Shown: positions 39,664-51,964 of the stretch, one piece after another | Position numbering within the stretch: the first letter of the stretch is position 1 | Layout of the letters: each line of letters starts with the position of its first letter | Assembly: GCF_964355755.1 (NCBI RefSeq) | Contig: NC_092671.1 | Coordinates: 12,958,001-13,022,000, forward strand | Length of the DNA stretch: 64,000 bases | Direction: 5' to 3' | Source of the DNA: Antedon mediterranea | Lineage: Eukaryota; Animalia; Echinodermata | Notes under the pieces: generated by a model | Told to the model about the DNA's origin: nothing | The model's database searches: none | Seen by the model: the letters and a program-made list of their open reading frames with translations, nothing else | Made by a program: the position numbers and the translations under genes

Positions 39664-41679
39664 AAATTCTTTTTTGATTTGACAAATCACCTGGTGGACA
39701 GGCATAGCATACTGGTTTCGCCTTCTCGCCAGCATGGCGTAACTGATAATATCCCTGTTACACTTGTAGATCATATTTTACAATATGTTTGATTCTACAA
39801 CATTTAACACTTACTAAAACTACACTTAATACTAAAACAATATAATTTATGTCGTCACAAATAAAACAATTACTGGAACATTTATCTGAAACAACACTAA
39901 AAATATAAACAAAAATGAAATAATTTATTAATAATAAATTAATACTACTGATAATTTACAGTATTCAAATTTCACATGATGTTATAAATTTAATTAATTC
40001 AAGCAAATGCAATGAATAAAATGCATTAAAAAATGTACAATCATGGATATTCAAAAACTGTTTTTTCTGTAGCCATGTTCGTATAAATTTGTACAGTTTA
40101 AAAGCCAGCTACTAGAACATTTGACAAGCTGAGAGTTTTTTTAATATTTGCTGCATGTGTCTTCACAATATGCTAAATATAGTTTACATACATTTTCGTT
40201 TGATATGTAATAATAGATCAAATTTCATAGGTGATGTATTGTTTATTTGATTCAGATGACAGCGTAATAAAACCGTCAATATTTCAAGACATCACTATGA
40301 TGTATTTGAATGATTCTGCTTATTCCATTAAGTATACCTATTTGTTTCCCCAATGATGACTGGTTTTATTCCGAGAAGTAATTTATTCTACATTTTGGAA
40401 GTTCAGGTTTTTTAATATTTCCACAATCTTTAAAAAAAATGTTTATATTCATTTTAAAAAATGTTCAAATTAATTGCTTAAATATCATCCTTTTTTTTTT
40501 TTTGATAATGATTTTTGATGAGTTATTCAGAAAAGGCACAGTGATGATGGTTTGTTGTTAGCTTTTCTGTGGACAAGGGAGCTCAGAGTAGTAACTTGTA
40601 CAATAGCCTAGTACAGTAGAACTCCTATAGGATATTGCTATCCAGGGACACACCTATTTAAGAAACACCCTTTCCTATTGAATAAATGAAGGGGAAATAT
40701 AAGGTTACTGCAGGGAGTAACAACTCCCTGGTTACTGTATGTGGTCCTTCCATTTGAGACCTTGTCTCAGTGATCTGTAAAATCAAATTTATTTAGCCAT
40801 GGAGGCCCAGATAAACTCATGGTTGTTCTTCACTGCGGCCATATACAATATATACAATTTAAGAACAATATGCGTACAATTTAAGAACAGTATGTACAGT
40901 CAATATAATATAAAAAAAGTGTTGGTTTTTGTAATAAATAATTATAAGGTTGTGGATGAATGAATGGCAGCACTAAGATCATTCCATTTAAGTGTATCTT
41001 TATGCACAAGGCTACATTTTTATATAATTTGTTGGTAATTGAAAAAATATATACTAGTACTACTACTATACTAAACTATATACTGGAAATGATTAATATT
41101 ATTGTATACACAATTTGATAATCTCCAAGCTTTCCAATAATATACATTTATTTTAATACTAATTGTCAATAAAAAGATATACTATATTAACCACACTAAA
41201 CATTACTTTTAATGGTAGGAGAGGACAATTTATATTTAGTCTGTTATAATATAACAACCCTGTCATTTAAACAAATCCATATAATATAATGGGATACTGT
41301 CAACTAAAGTTAGGAAACCTGTATATTTATGTTTAATAGTAATACGAAAAAATCTTGTTGATTCTATTCAACAAAATATCAAAAAACTCAAAATAATGTT
41401 GATGCTATCATTTTAATTATTTCAATCTTTCTATTTAAGTATTTTATCTTTGTTTTGGAATATTTATATTTTTATTTTGTGTTCAGTAAGAATAATCCAA
41501 TAACCTTGCATCAGTCTGATGGATATCTGCCAGCCAGTACAATTTAAGACTTAATAAAAATGAATGTAAATTATAGTTCTTAAAAACTGTTTAAAAGAAC
41601 AAACCACACCTTAGAATGTTATATATACAGATGATGTATCCAGAGAGTAATGTGTGTCATTGTCAATAGTGCATTCTTG

Positions 41680-42060
41680 AACATGGGTATATTGTCCATG
41701 TAGAAAGAAAACTTCCACCATCCTCCCATGTTGTACATAGGACATTATTAAAGCCATGTTGTACATAGGCCATGTTACATTTAAAATTGGTAGTAGTTTG
41801 GCAATGTTGCACCTTAATAAGCCATGTTGTACATTATAGGCTGTGTTGTGCATAAGCCAATCTGGACACGAGTTATGTTTCACTAATTATGTTGCCAAGA
41901 GGTTGTGTTAGTACTTAAGCATGTTGGACACGCCTTAAACATGTTGCCAATAGGCTGTGTCATCACACTTCAGTCATGTTGGACATGGTCTATGTTTCCT
42001 TTACAACATATTACCACAATGGATTGTGTTGTACTTGATAGTCATTCTACACATAGGCTG
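41680..42060. repeat. Degenerate CCATGTTGTACATAGG repeat just upstream of the exon 3 acceptor
   Basis: About 10 CATGTT(G) motifs, several followed by TACATAGG. Confidence 0.65.
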
Positions 42061-42122
42061 TGCTTTATTTGGTAACTCATTGGTGACCAATCATTATACT
42101 TTTGTTTTCATCTTTTTGACAG

Positions 42123-42245
42123 GGCTCCGAGGACTCCAACTATGGTGGTAGGCCATCAGATTCTGATTTGTCATTGGATGAGGACAAAGAAGCAGTTAGA
42201 CGAGAATCCCAGAGACAAGCCCTCTCACAACTAGAAAAAGCAAGG
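42123..42245 (+). CDS. CACNB: Cav-beta exon 3 ([41 protein letters not shown])
   Basis: ctttttgacag| acceptor, AGG|GTGGGT donor, 123 nt, phase 0-0. Matches conserved Cav-beta [27 protein letters not shown]...QLEKAK. Confidence 0.97.
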
Positions 42246-43304
42246 GTGGGTAAAATACTTAGGGTAACTGTGTCTGTCTAGTACAGTGTTTTCTTTCAGG
42301 TCATGTCGATGTTGTGGAAATGAATGTTTACAGAGTTATCAATGGTAAGGTAGCAGCAAGCAAGTGAACAAGTATTTACCTATATAATTCTGCAGCCAAA
42401 ATACTAAATTGATGATTATGATTGTATTCACTGATTATATTAAGAGTTTATTTTTAAGCACAATTTAATTTTACCATCAAGTTTTCCTTTGTAAATTTCC
42501 TACTACAGTACATTAAAAATGCATGGCATGTCTTTAGTAGCTAATTTAAGAACTTTTTGTTGATTTTTTAAGTAATAATATTGCACTCAAATACGGCCCT
42601 GAGCATTGATAAATCATTGCATGCCATTTAATAAACCAAATCCTGATACCCAAAAATCTAAATCTTTCCATAATTTCTAAACATTATTCAGACGCTTCAA
42701 GTTCTTCGCAGCGTATGCATTTATTTTACATTAATGAATAACATAACATTTTCAATTTTACTAGTTGGAATTGTGAACTATTGACATGCTAAACCCATCA
42801 ACATAATATACTCAGAAGCAGCAGCAGAAGCATACTCGTATTATAGTGAGGCACGTCAGAGAAACATATTGATTTTCCTATTAGTCTTATCATCCGCTTT
42901 AAAAGCATAATATAAGTATCATGTTTATGAATGATGCTTAGTTAGCGCTCTACAGGCAAAGACATTTACTGTCAGGGTTTTTGTCGCAATTCATGCTTTT
43001 TTACATAATTTTCTCATTTCGTTTGATTATAGTCTTTATTTGAATCTGAAATCCATACAATTATTCTAGTGATTTTGTGTAAGAAAGTAAATTCAATATG
43101 ACATGAAATGACTGAATGTGCAACTCCTGCATATTTTAGGCTGCTGGGATTATGTCTATAATATCTAGATATTTTATACTTCATTATACTTATAATTCAT
43201 TCAGTCAATATTTTATTTCGGCATTACATATAAATTACCAAAATTTTAAGAAAAAAAAGTTTGAGTGACAATATGACACACTCTCATCTCGGGATACTAG
43301 TCCA

Positions 43305-43619
43305 GTGGAGCACTGTGGCGCAAGGATTAGAGCATTGGACTTGCAATCAAGAGGTTGTCGGTTCAAGCCCCGGCTCGGTCACTGCAGTGTTGAGTCCTTG
43401 AGCAAGATTCTTTATCCACATTGTTCCTCCCCACCCAGGTGATAGAAATAGGTACCGGTATGTAAAAAGTACTGGGAAGGTAAGTCAGACTCGTTTGTGC
43501 GGGAGGAGTGGCGTACCCCCTACAAACATACACACTTAGTGGAGTTTGGCCCAAACGCTAAGGAAATGTAGATGGGCACCACGGCCGTTAGCATTAGCTT
43601 AGGTTTCGACTTTACCTTT
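43305..43619 (+). mobile_element. Full-length tRNA-derived SINE with 10-bp TSD
   Basis: A-box TGGCGCAAGG, B-box GGTTCAAGCCC, CORE-like GTCCTTGAGCAAG, CCACCCAGGTG..AAATAGGTACCGG body, CTTTACCTTT tail; TACTAGTCCA at 43295-43304 and 43620-43629. Confidence 0.9.
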
Positions 43620-45799
43620 TACTAGTCCATCTGGAGAGAATCTTTGACTCTTACAATCATTGTATACCAATGTTGAGATTAATATTTTCACTTTCATTAA
43701 GTCTACAAACCATGTATCAATTTTCTTTAAAATTCATAGTATCTATTAATTATATTCATTTTCATATCAATTTTTTTCAAATAGGGTCATTGCAGCCAAA
43801 GCTGAATTACAAGGATATTAACATATTCTAAATATAAAAATTTGTATAAAAGTATAAAACCAATGGTAATTATATATAAAAGGATAAAATTCATTTGTTA
43901 AATATCAGAACTGGAAAACAATTTATAAAATTCTCGGTAACTAAACAACATTAAGTTTCAACACATTTGAAAAAAAATCAATGCATTTTTAAAAAGGGTT
44001 TTAAAAGAATGAATTGGATAGAAATTTAATGCATGGTCTATTCAATATATAGTCACTCGGTATATTATTTTCCAAGTAAATTTTCTCCAAAGGCATTAAA
44101 TATGTACTATAATGACTCTTCGATAAAAAGACTAATAGTGATAAATAACAAACAAGAAAATCATAAGTCTATTATGGTTGAAGTTAATGCTAATAATAAA
44201 TTACATGAGTACATCAGAGCATCTTTAATATTTAAATAAAGTGTTGGAGACCTTCCGGTTGAATAATGTATTCAGCTTACTAGGGTGAATAATATTGATC
44301 TTTATTCTCGATGCAATTATTGAGTTTCATTGTCTTAGCTTTTTCGATCTATAACAAGCCTTTCACATGGATTTCGATAAACATCAATTGACAGTTCACT
44401 AAGTACATACCATTACTGTTTAACGACCTTCTAAATATGACTTGCATGTGAATTAATTTTATATTTGGAAAGTCTTTCTATTGGAATAATTTATAAGAGT
44501 TAATTTTTAATGACAAACAATACTGATAAAAAGATCATGCTTTAAGAATTTCCCATAAAATAATTGTGCATTTCACAACACATTTGTTTGCATACCATAT
44601 TGAATTTAAACCAACCTTTCTCAGTCTTATTCATTTGTAGTATTTAATTAATTAATTAATTATTCTGTCTTTATAGTTTTATACTGAATTTACATTGAAG
44701 AAGTACACAAAAATGTATTTCCAAAAAAAAAAAATTAAAAAAAATTATTTTAAAATTGAACGTTTTAAGGTATACATTATTTAATTTCACAGGTTTATAA
44801 TTATAAAGATTATTTAATTTACCAAAATTGGTACCATCTGTAAATTAAATGTCTATATTAACTTGCTGATAAATTCAAAAAGGAAAAAATATGCATGCAA
44901 CAGAAATTGCATTATTGATTTTAGCAATCATAAAAATCAAAGTAATGTAAATCATCAATCTTTACTGTAGCAATGATAGCCAAGTGTCTTATTTCAAATA
45001 CCTTGGAATTGAAATAAAGAATCGGTAGAGACAGATGAATAAAATACCTACTGACGACAGGTGTACGATTGAAATCAAGTAAATTAACATAGCACAGGCC
45101 AGTACACCCCTGCTTGCATTAACTGTGCGGTGAACGTACATTCTCTATGCTCGTACTTAGGTTTCAATCTTTGCATTGATACCGTTGATAATTAAACTTA
45201 ATTTATTGACTGACTAATACTAATAGAAGCTCACTTGCACTGTACAAGCATGGCGTATTATTCAATAAAGAAAGAACTTGAGGTTTAAAGTTTATTAATA
45301 CTTTTCACTATAAAGGAGTTGGCCTAAAATGAAAAAAAAAAGTCGTTATGAAGGAAAATATATTACAAAATTAAAGATTGATTTAAAGTTATAATCTGAC
45401 ATAAATACTTTGTATGTTACTTTAATAAATTCAAAATTTGAATTTGAAGCTGAAATATGTGAATATTAATCGAATTTGACTTTGGCTCATCAAAATTTGG
45501 CTGGTTCATAGTGTAACTAAAGTGTGTATAATATCCTTGCCGTTGGGAATACAGATAAGGCCAATGATTGAAAATTAAGTTAGTTATGGATTCATCTAAT
45601 TCTTTCATTTGGTATATACTAATATTCTAATTCAGAGTAATGTTGTCGGGCTATACACTATCGATTTCAGGACGTACTGAATCATAAAATATTCGGTAGC
45701 CTTTCGGGCAAGTATGAGCCCTGTTAAATCCTTATTAGCCATCAAGTTTATTTTCACAAATGATTAATTAATGACAAATTATAAAAATGCCATTATACG

Positions 45800-46000
45800 G
45801 TAATAATGATACGAAGATCTAAATGTGCACTGAAAGTACATGAGACCTACAGCTTTACGTCCTATCCGAAGGACAAGCCAATGAGAGTAAAACATGTTGC
45901 CTATGGATACAGTCAATACATGGCACAGACAAGATGGAATTCGACCCATGCCTAAAACACACACTAGTCAGATTTCGGTCATCACTATCCAGTCTATACA
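45800..46000 (-). mobile_element. Degenerate Deu-domain SINE
   Basis: Reverse complement has B-box-like GGGTCGAATTCC, then CTTCGGATAGGACGTAAAGCTGTAGGTCTC..GTGCACATTTAGA, similar to 22630-22692. Confidence 0.55.
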
Positions 46001-47467
46001 GACGATCTTCCATTCAAAAACTCAACTTACAAGGAACCAAACCTCAATGCAGTATGGCCATATATATATTAGACAAAACAATATCGTTTATTGCCGTGTA
46101 CACTTTCAGTGGGCCTGGGTATGACATGTGGCAAATATCAGGGGGTTATACTCGAATTGCATAAAAAATCAAATTTTGATCTCATATACAGTATATTTCA
46201 GTTATTTGAAAGAATTGTATTTAATCATATGCTATTAATGTGACATATTCTGTAGATAATGACTGCAGTACAGTGCAATAAAAAATAATGTGATATATTT
46301 TCCATAACCTATAGTTAAAAAATATCATATCAGTACAAAAGGAAAACTAAATTGTTCACTGCTACTATGTAAACTACTGAAGACACCACAGTCATTACTT
46401 CATCAGTTCTGATCATTTCTGCAATGAAAGGCATTTGAATATTAATTTCATTAATATGTGACAGATAAATAAATATAAACTACATACTACTCTACTAATA
46501 TTTGATGGTATTCATCTTTGTATTTATTTATACCCTATTAATATTTCATTCCATACAATTATAATATTTCTTGCATCTATTCTTAGTAAATGAGCTATAC
46601 AAGGCTAGTATGTTTATTGAACCATCATGTACGACGTACAAAAATATGTTTAGACGTAATGCATGTTGGAGTAAAGAATACGAGTTTCTCTAATGCAATT
46701 GGTTTGCACAGTGTGTGTGTATTATTATTATTACTTTCACAGCAGACTCAATATTATCAGACTCATTAACATAAACATACATTACAAATCCCAATTTATG
46801 GTGGTGAAGGCCTAGAGAATGCAGATGTAAATAACAATATCAAAGATCATTTGTTTCTGAGAAATTCATATAAATAACGTTATGTTTGTGCAGTAAAGAA
46901 AATTAGCTTTCAATAAATTATTATTTGAATATTGAATTGATTATTACAGTGTGTTATGATTTCTACTACAGTTAAATTATCGTTAAATTAAAAAACGATG
47001 AATGCCGTTTTCATTTCATGAGGCGGGATGTTGTAAACTGGTAACAGTAGAAACACCCTATTTTAGATCACTACATTGTTTCTTGTTCTGATTTTAGATT
47101 ATAATGGCCTTGTAAGTATACATTTTAAACAATATTTTTATTATTTTATATTTTGCTTACATTTTTGGTTATTGATACAATTTATTTAAAATTTTAATTA
47201 TGTTTCTTTTTTCTCGTAATTACAAATTTTTTGTTTAAATAGTTTTTTTATATTTTTGGGGTTTGATATTTTTTCACTGGTTGTTTGTTACTAATGATTT
47301 GTTAATCAAAAAAAACCATTTTTAATACTCAATTTTTTCCAACCTGCTCATTTTCATTGTGCTTTATCCTACTCTGTACAGTTTATTTTGTGATTGCACT
47401 ACACAGCGGCAAGTCTATGAAACAACAGAACATTACCACTAAAATTCTTAACAATTTTATCTTCTAG

Positions 47468-47590
47468 ACGAAACCAGTAGCTTTTGCCGTACGAACAAAT
47501 GTAAGTTTTGACGGAAGTTTAGATGACGATTCACCAGTACAAGGCTACGCAATATCATTTAATGCAAAGGATTTTCTACACATCAAAGAG
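47468..47590 (+). CDS. CACNB: Cav-beta exon 4, SH3 domain ([41 protein letters not shown])
   Basis: tatcttctag| acceptor, GAG|GTAGCG donor, 123 nt, phase 0-0. Signature [10 protein letters not shown]...DFLHIKE. Confidence 0.98.
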
Positions 47591-50199
47591 GTAGCGTATG
47601 CCATTTTATATATGTCTATATTGGAATAGTTACAGTATAATCATGAAGAAATCCAGTCGCTGTCTACACTAGTTAAGCTATGTTCATATTTGGCCAAGAT
47701 TCAGTTCGGTGGCCAAAAGAACTCAAAGCTACGTTTAAAAAAATGTTTTGTACGGAATGTGGCATTAGTGTAAACAGTTCTCTATTCTAAAATACTACAC
47801 ACATTTTCCATGATTTTTTTTCTGGCCATTAGGGACCAAAATCTGGGCTCAATAGATAGTAGCTTTTATCAATATGAAACTTTAGTTCCAAAAAAACAAA
47901 TTAAATTGCTTTATAGTCAAATTATTTAGAACCATGTTGTTTAAACAAATTTAAAATAGACCTGAGCAAGAAGTGGAATAACAAGGCCATTGGTATCACA
48001 TGCCTTGGGGTGTGATGTTAGTTCGATACCATTTTTCAAGTTGTTTCAACAAAGTGCGTTTTTTGACATTTGACTATTCTTTCACGTGTACAAGGTACAT
48101 GTGTCAATGTCCTTACTACTATACCGTCATACACACCTTGGATATGTATTTCTGACATGGAAATGCGGAATTAATATGCAAACACAGGGGACGCTTCCTC
48201 ATCATTGCTAATTTATCCGACACCTTTTTATGTGTGAACCCAATCATCCTAGAATGAATTCGCTAACCATTAATGTTCAGTTCTCTTAAATGGAATGTAT
48301 AAACAAATGTTGCCATAGTTACCATATGAACTACACGATTGATTTCTTGTAGATGTTTCTCTTAAAAACATGCAGTGAAGCAAGTACAAATTAATGTATC
48401 AATAAACCTATTGGATCAGTTATTGTATTTTACCGCATTGTCTTGCTATCTTGCTCTATGAAGATTTTATAAAATAATAAGCTGTTTTACACAGACGAAA
48501 ACATGCGCTGTACTTTTAATTACTACGCATAGGTATGCATGTATCAAGAAAAAAAAAATCCTGCATGATTTCAACCAAACAAACTTATATTCATACGGAT
48601 TGATTACATTAATTACCTAGAACAAAAGTAATTATGTAGGTTACTGTAAATACAGCAAGAATCATTCCCCTTGAGTGCTGTTGCGTTATTTTACGTATGA
48701 CATGTAATGCTTTGGCTCGTTTTCACACACAGCCATTCAGTACCGTGACGTTTAAGGTTACTCGTTTGCGTGTGTGTTTCAGTCGTTGAACTATTGAAAA
48801 CATGGTTACTACTTTTTAGCATGTTACACACATTTAGAGAAGGAATGTAACATTAATAAAGATACTCTCTGGATAAAAGGCGTGGCAGATCTTTTTTCTT
48901 ATATTTCTTGACAAAAAGACCACGCCTTCATCATTTCTTTTTGAGACAAGAAAGAGTATACATGTCTGAATATAAAGTAGAGTGTTTGCTGTTGCTGTTG
49001 TAATAAAACAAATATTTGAGGTTTCTAATCTGAATATGCTTAGTTTTTAAAAGGAAATTTGAAAAAAATAGTGAAAGGTCTTCTTCAAAGACCTGTCGTA
49101 ATTGTTGCATGTGCACACAAATTGTTTCAGGTTTACAAGCACTGAATGATCTGCTTAAATGCTATTCAAAGTATTTGAAAACTGTGTGGCATCTCAACCT
49201 TGGGCTAACAGTGAGGGGGCTAAATCGATGTTCTTTTTGTCTAGTCTGTTTGATCCGTGATCCGATGGGCTTTACATAAGTCTGGAATGTGTGGACATCT
49301 AATGTTATGTATCCTGTTGTCAATTCTTTGTTTATTTACTCTAGCCCAGATGGTAGATGCGTGTTAATTAACAAAGTGTAATTAACCATGGTGAATTAAC
49401 AAAGTGCAATTAACTGTTCTGTGTAAGAGTAAGATATATCTGCTGGTATACTGTACTTCAAGCAGGTGAAGATGTACTTTATACTGTATTAATAATATTG
49501 CTTGTTAACATTTATTAGTGTCCTATTGTATTTAATGCAATTGAGAACTGAGATATTGTATGTTAATTTGGGAAGCCATTCAATGAACAAAAATAATTTT
49601 TCATTTTCCAGTTATTGTCTAACCTTTTCTTGTTTACATCTGGAAAAGAACTATGGTGCTATTCCTTAAAGAAGAATGTTAATAGGGAAAAAAAATATGC
49701 AGATGAATCAATAGGAGGATATAAAGTAACAAGTCCATATTCAATAAACATTTTAGTTATACATAGCAGTAATCAGTGTGTTTTGCAATGAAAAATGTTA
49801 TACAAGAAGTTAAATATTTATAAAATGAAATATAGTTGATAGTACTGAACTTTGAGATTCTGCTTGATGTTTTTAGTTATTACAAAAACTCAAAAGGACA
49901 ATCATGTTTTTTAAATTATTACTGCCATTTCATCTTTGACAATTTAAATTAACAATCATCATCATCTTTCATTGGCAACATCTAGAGAATCAATGTTTAC
50001 TTCATAGTCATAGCCTTATAGCATTGTCACTTTCGTCATCATTTTTATTTTTAGCTACGAATGACATAAATCTTCAATTTCATCATCATCATTTCTCAGT
50101 AGTAACTTGTTGACGTCTACTGTAGTGCAGAATCTAGCATCTAAGATTTGATTAAAATTGGCCTTTACTACAAATGTAAACCAGTCTTCATATAGAATA

Positions 50200-51070
50200 C
50201 CTATAATTAGTAAATGCCAGCCATTGATTCAGTCATTGCCTTGAACCATGGGATAATCTCTACCATGCCTGTTGTACAGTATTGGTTCATTCATTATTGA
50301 TCTACCATTGCTCATATGTACATATTTTCTATAGGAGGTGATGAGCTATGTTGAGACTGTGATGACAGAAATGACTTATGAATATTTAACATGCCAATTT
50401 ACATATTACTGTATAATTTCTATTTTACATACAAATGATTAGATTCAATATCGGCCTACTATTGCTCTAAAAATAATGCTTGCCTATTTAATGTATGAGA
50501 TGAGCTACAGTATGCTAAAACGGTGATGACAGAAATGACTTATGAATATTCACATGAAAATTTACATATTACTGTATAATTCTTATTTTACATACAATTG
50601 ATTAGATTCAATATCGGCCTACTGCTATTTCTCATGTAAAAAAAAAGTGTCCCCCATTTTAAACGAGTTGAGATAATGCTGAGGTTGTAATGACAGAAAG
50701 TGACTTATGAATATTAACTTAATTTGCGTATTATCATTCCTATTTTAATAATACATAAAATGATTAGATCCAATATAGGAGTACTATTGCTTATGCGTAC
50801 AGATTTATTTCTTATTATAATAAGCAGAAGGAGAAACTGATGCATTATAACCGATTAAGTAAAATGATTTATGAATATTAAACTATTGAAAATGTCACAT
50901 TCTTCCTATCTAAATTTATTCTATTGATGAGTAGTAGGTTCATTATTGATCTGCTATTGCTCATACTCTTTTTCTTAATTTACGTAACTTATTCCAATCT
51001 AAAATTATTCTATAATTGACAATGGAATACGACTTATGAATATTAACCTATTGATACATATTCATATTGC
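50200..51070. repeat. Old ~165-bp tandem repeat, 5+ copies
   Basis: GAYTTATGAATATT at 50373, 50537, 50702, 50866, 51031 (period 164-165). Confidence 0.85.
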
Positions 51071-51434
51071 TATTATTACCAATAATTGTGTGTAGGTGGA
51101 TGCTGGTTTTCAGGATAGATGCTTATTGTTTTGCCGCCTTTTATCTTCGATTTTTATAGTTGTTGCTAGCAAAAATAAAACATTTCTGTTCTGTTTATTT
51201 TTCTCCATTTAGTTGTTATACATGTTTTTTTCCCTATTCTGTTTATGATATGTAATCTAGTTTTCCATTGCTCTAAGCAGTTTTAATGGCACTGATCCCA
51301 TCTTTTCTCCCCATGTCACCCAAACATTAAGTTCCTGTCCTTCCATTTATTCTCTACAAAGTGTACTTTTCCAGGGGAAACTTTTGATTAACTCGATAAA
51401 GTATCATACACTCTTTTGGTAATTCCTTTTCACA

Positions 51435-51964
51435 ACAGGGGTGGATTGCTATAAGCGGTCTATAAACGGGTCTTAGCGTTTAGCTGGCTATAATTTGTGA
51501 CGTAGCAAGTAGTCTTTATTAATAGACTATTGCTATACCGCGGTCTAACCTGTAAATGGTCTTTAAAATTAAAGCCTACTTGAATGAGTCTTAACACAAT
51601 CTGAAACCTCTCTTTTTGTTGCTTTTACGTATTATTTATCGTCAAAAACGACCAGTTTTAAGTGTTACATCAAATAATAATGGTGATTTTATTCTTATAT
51701 AGGCCTAGAATGGATTTTCTCGCTTAGAAATGTACGTACTGTTATGATTGTGAATTAAACAAGCATGACGAACATTACCTTATTTGGTATTCTACGTGCA
51801 AAGTACGCCCTCAATTTGTTACTTTACACGGTCTTATCTAAGACTGTTTTATAGCAATGGTCTAACAGGGGTGGCTTTAGTAAGACTGTCTATCTGATAA
51901 ATCCGGCTTTAATCGGGGAGTTAAGACCATCAGTTAAGACTGTTTTATAGCAATCCGCCCCTGT
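51435..51964. mobile_element. PIF/Harbinger-like MITE (~530 bp)
   Basis: TIRs ACAGGGGTGGATTGCTATAA / TTATAGCAATCCGCCCCTGT; internal TTGCTATA/TATAGCAA and GGTCTTA/TAAGAC subterminal motifs. Confidence 0.8.

Noticed and set aside
39571-39774. Poly-Met ORF on the - strand
   Set aside because: Translation of the (CAT)n microsatellite.
43305-43380. tRNA-Cys-like gene (GCA in the anticodon-like loop)
   Set aside because: It is the head of a SINE with body, tail and 10-bp TSD; no proper acceptor stem.
45250-45282. Possible alternative first exon MAYYSIKKELE splicing to exon 4
   Set aside because: Phase fits, but the donor GAG|GTTTAA is weak and there is no other support.
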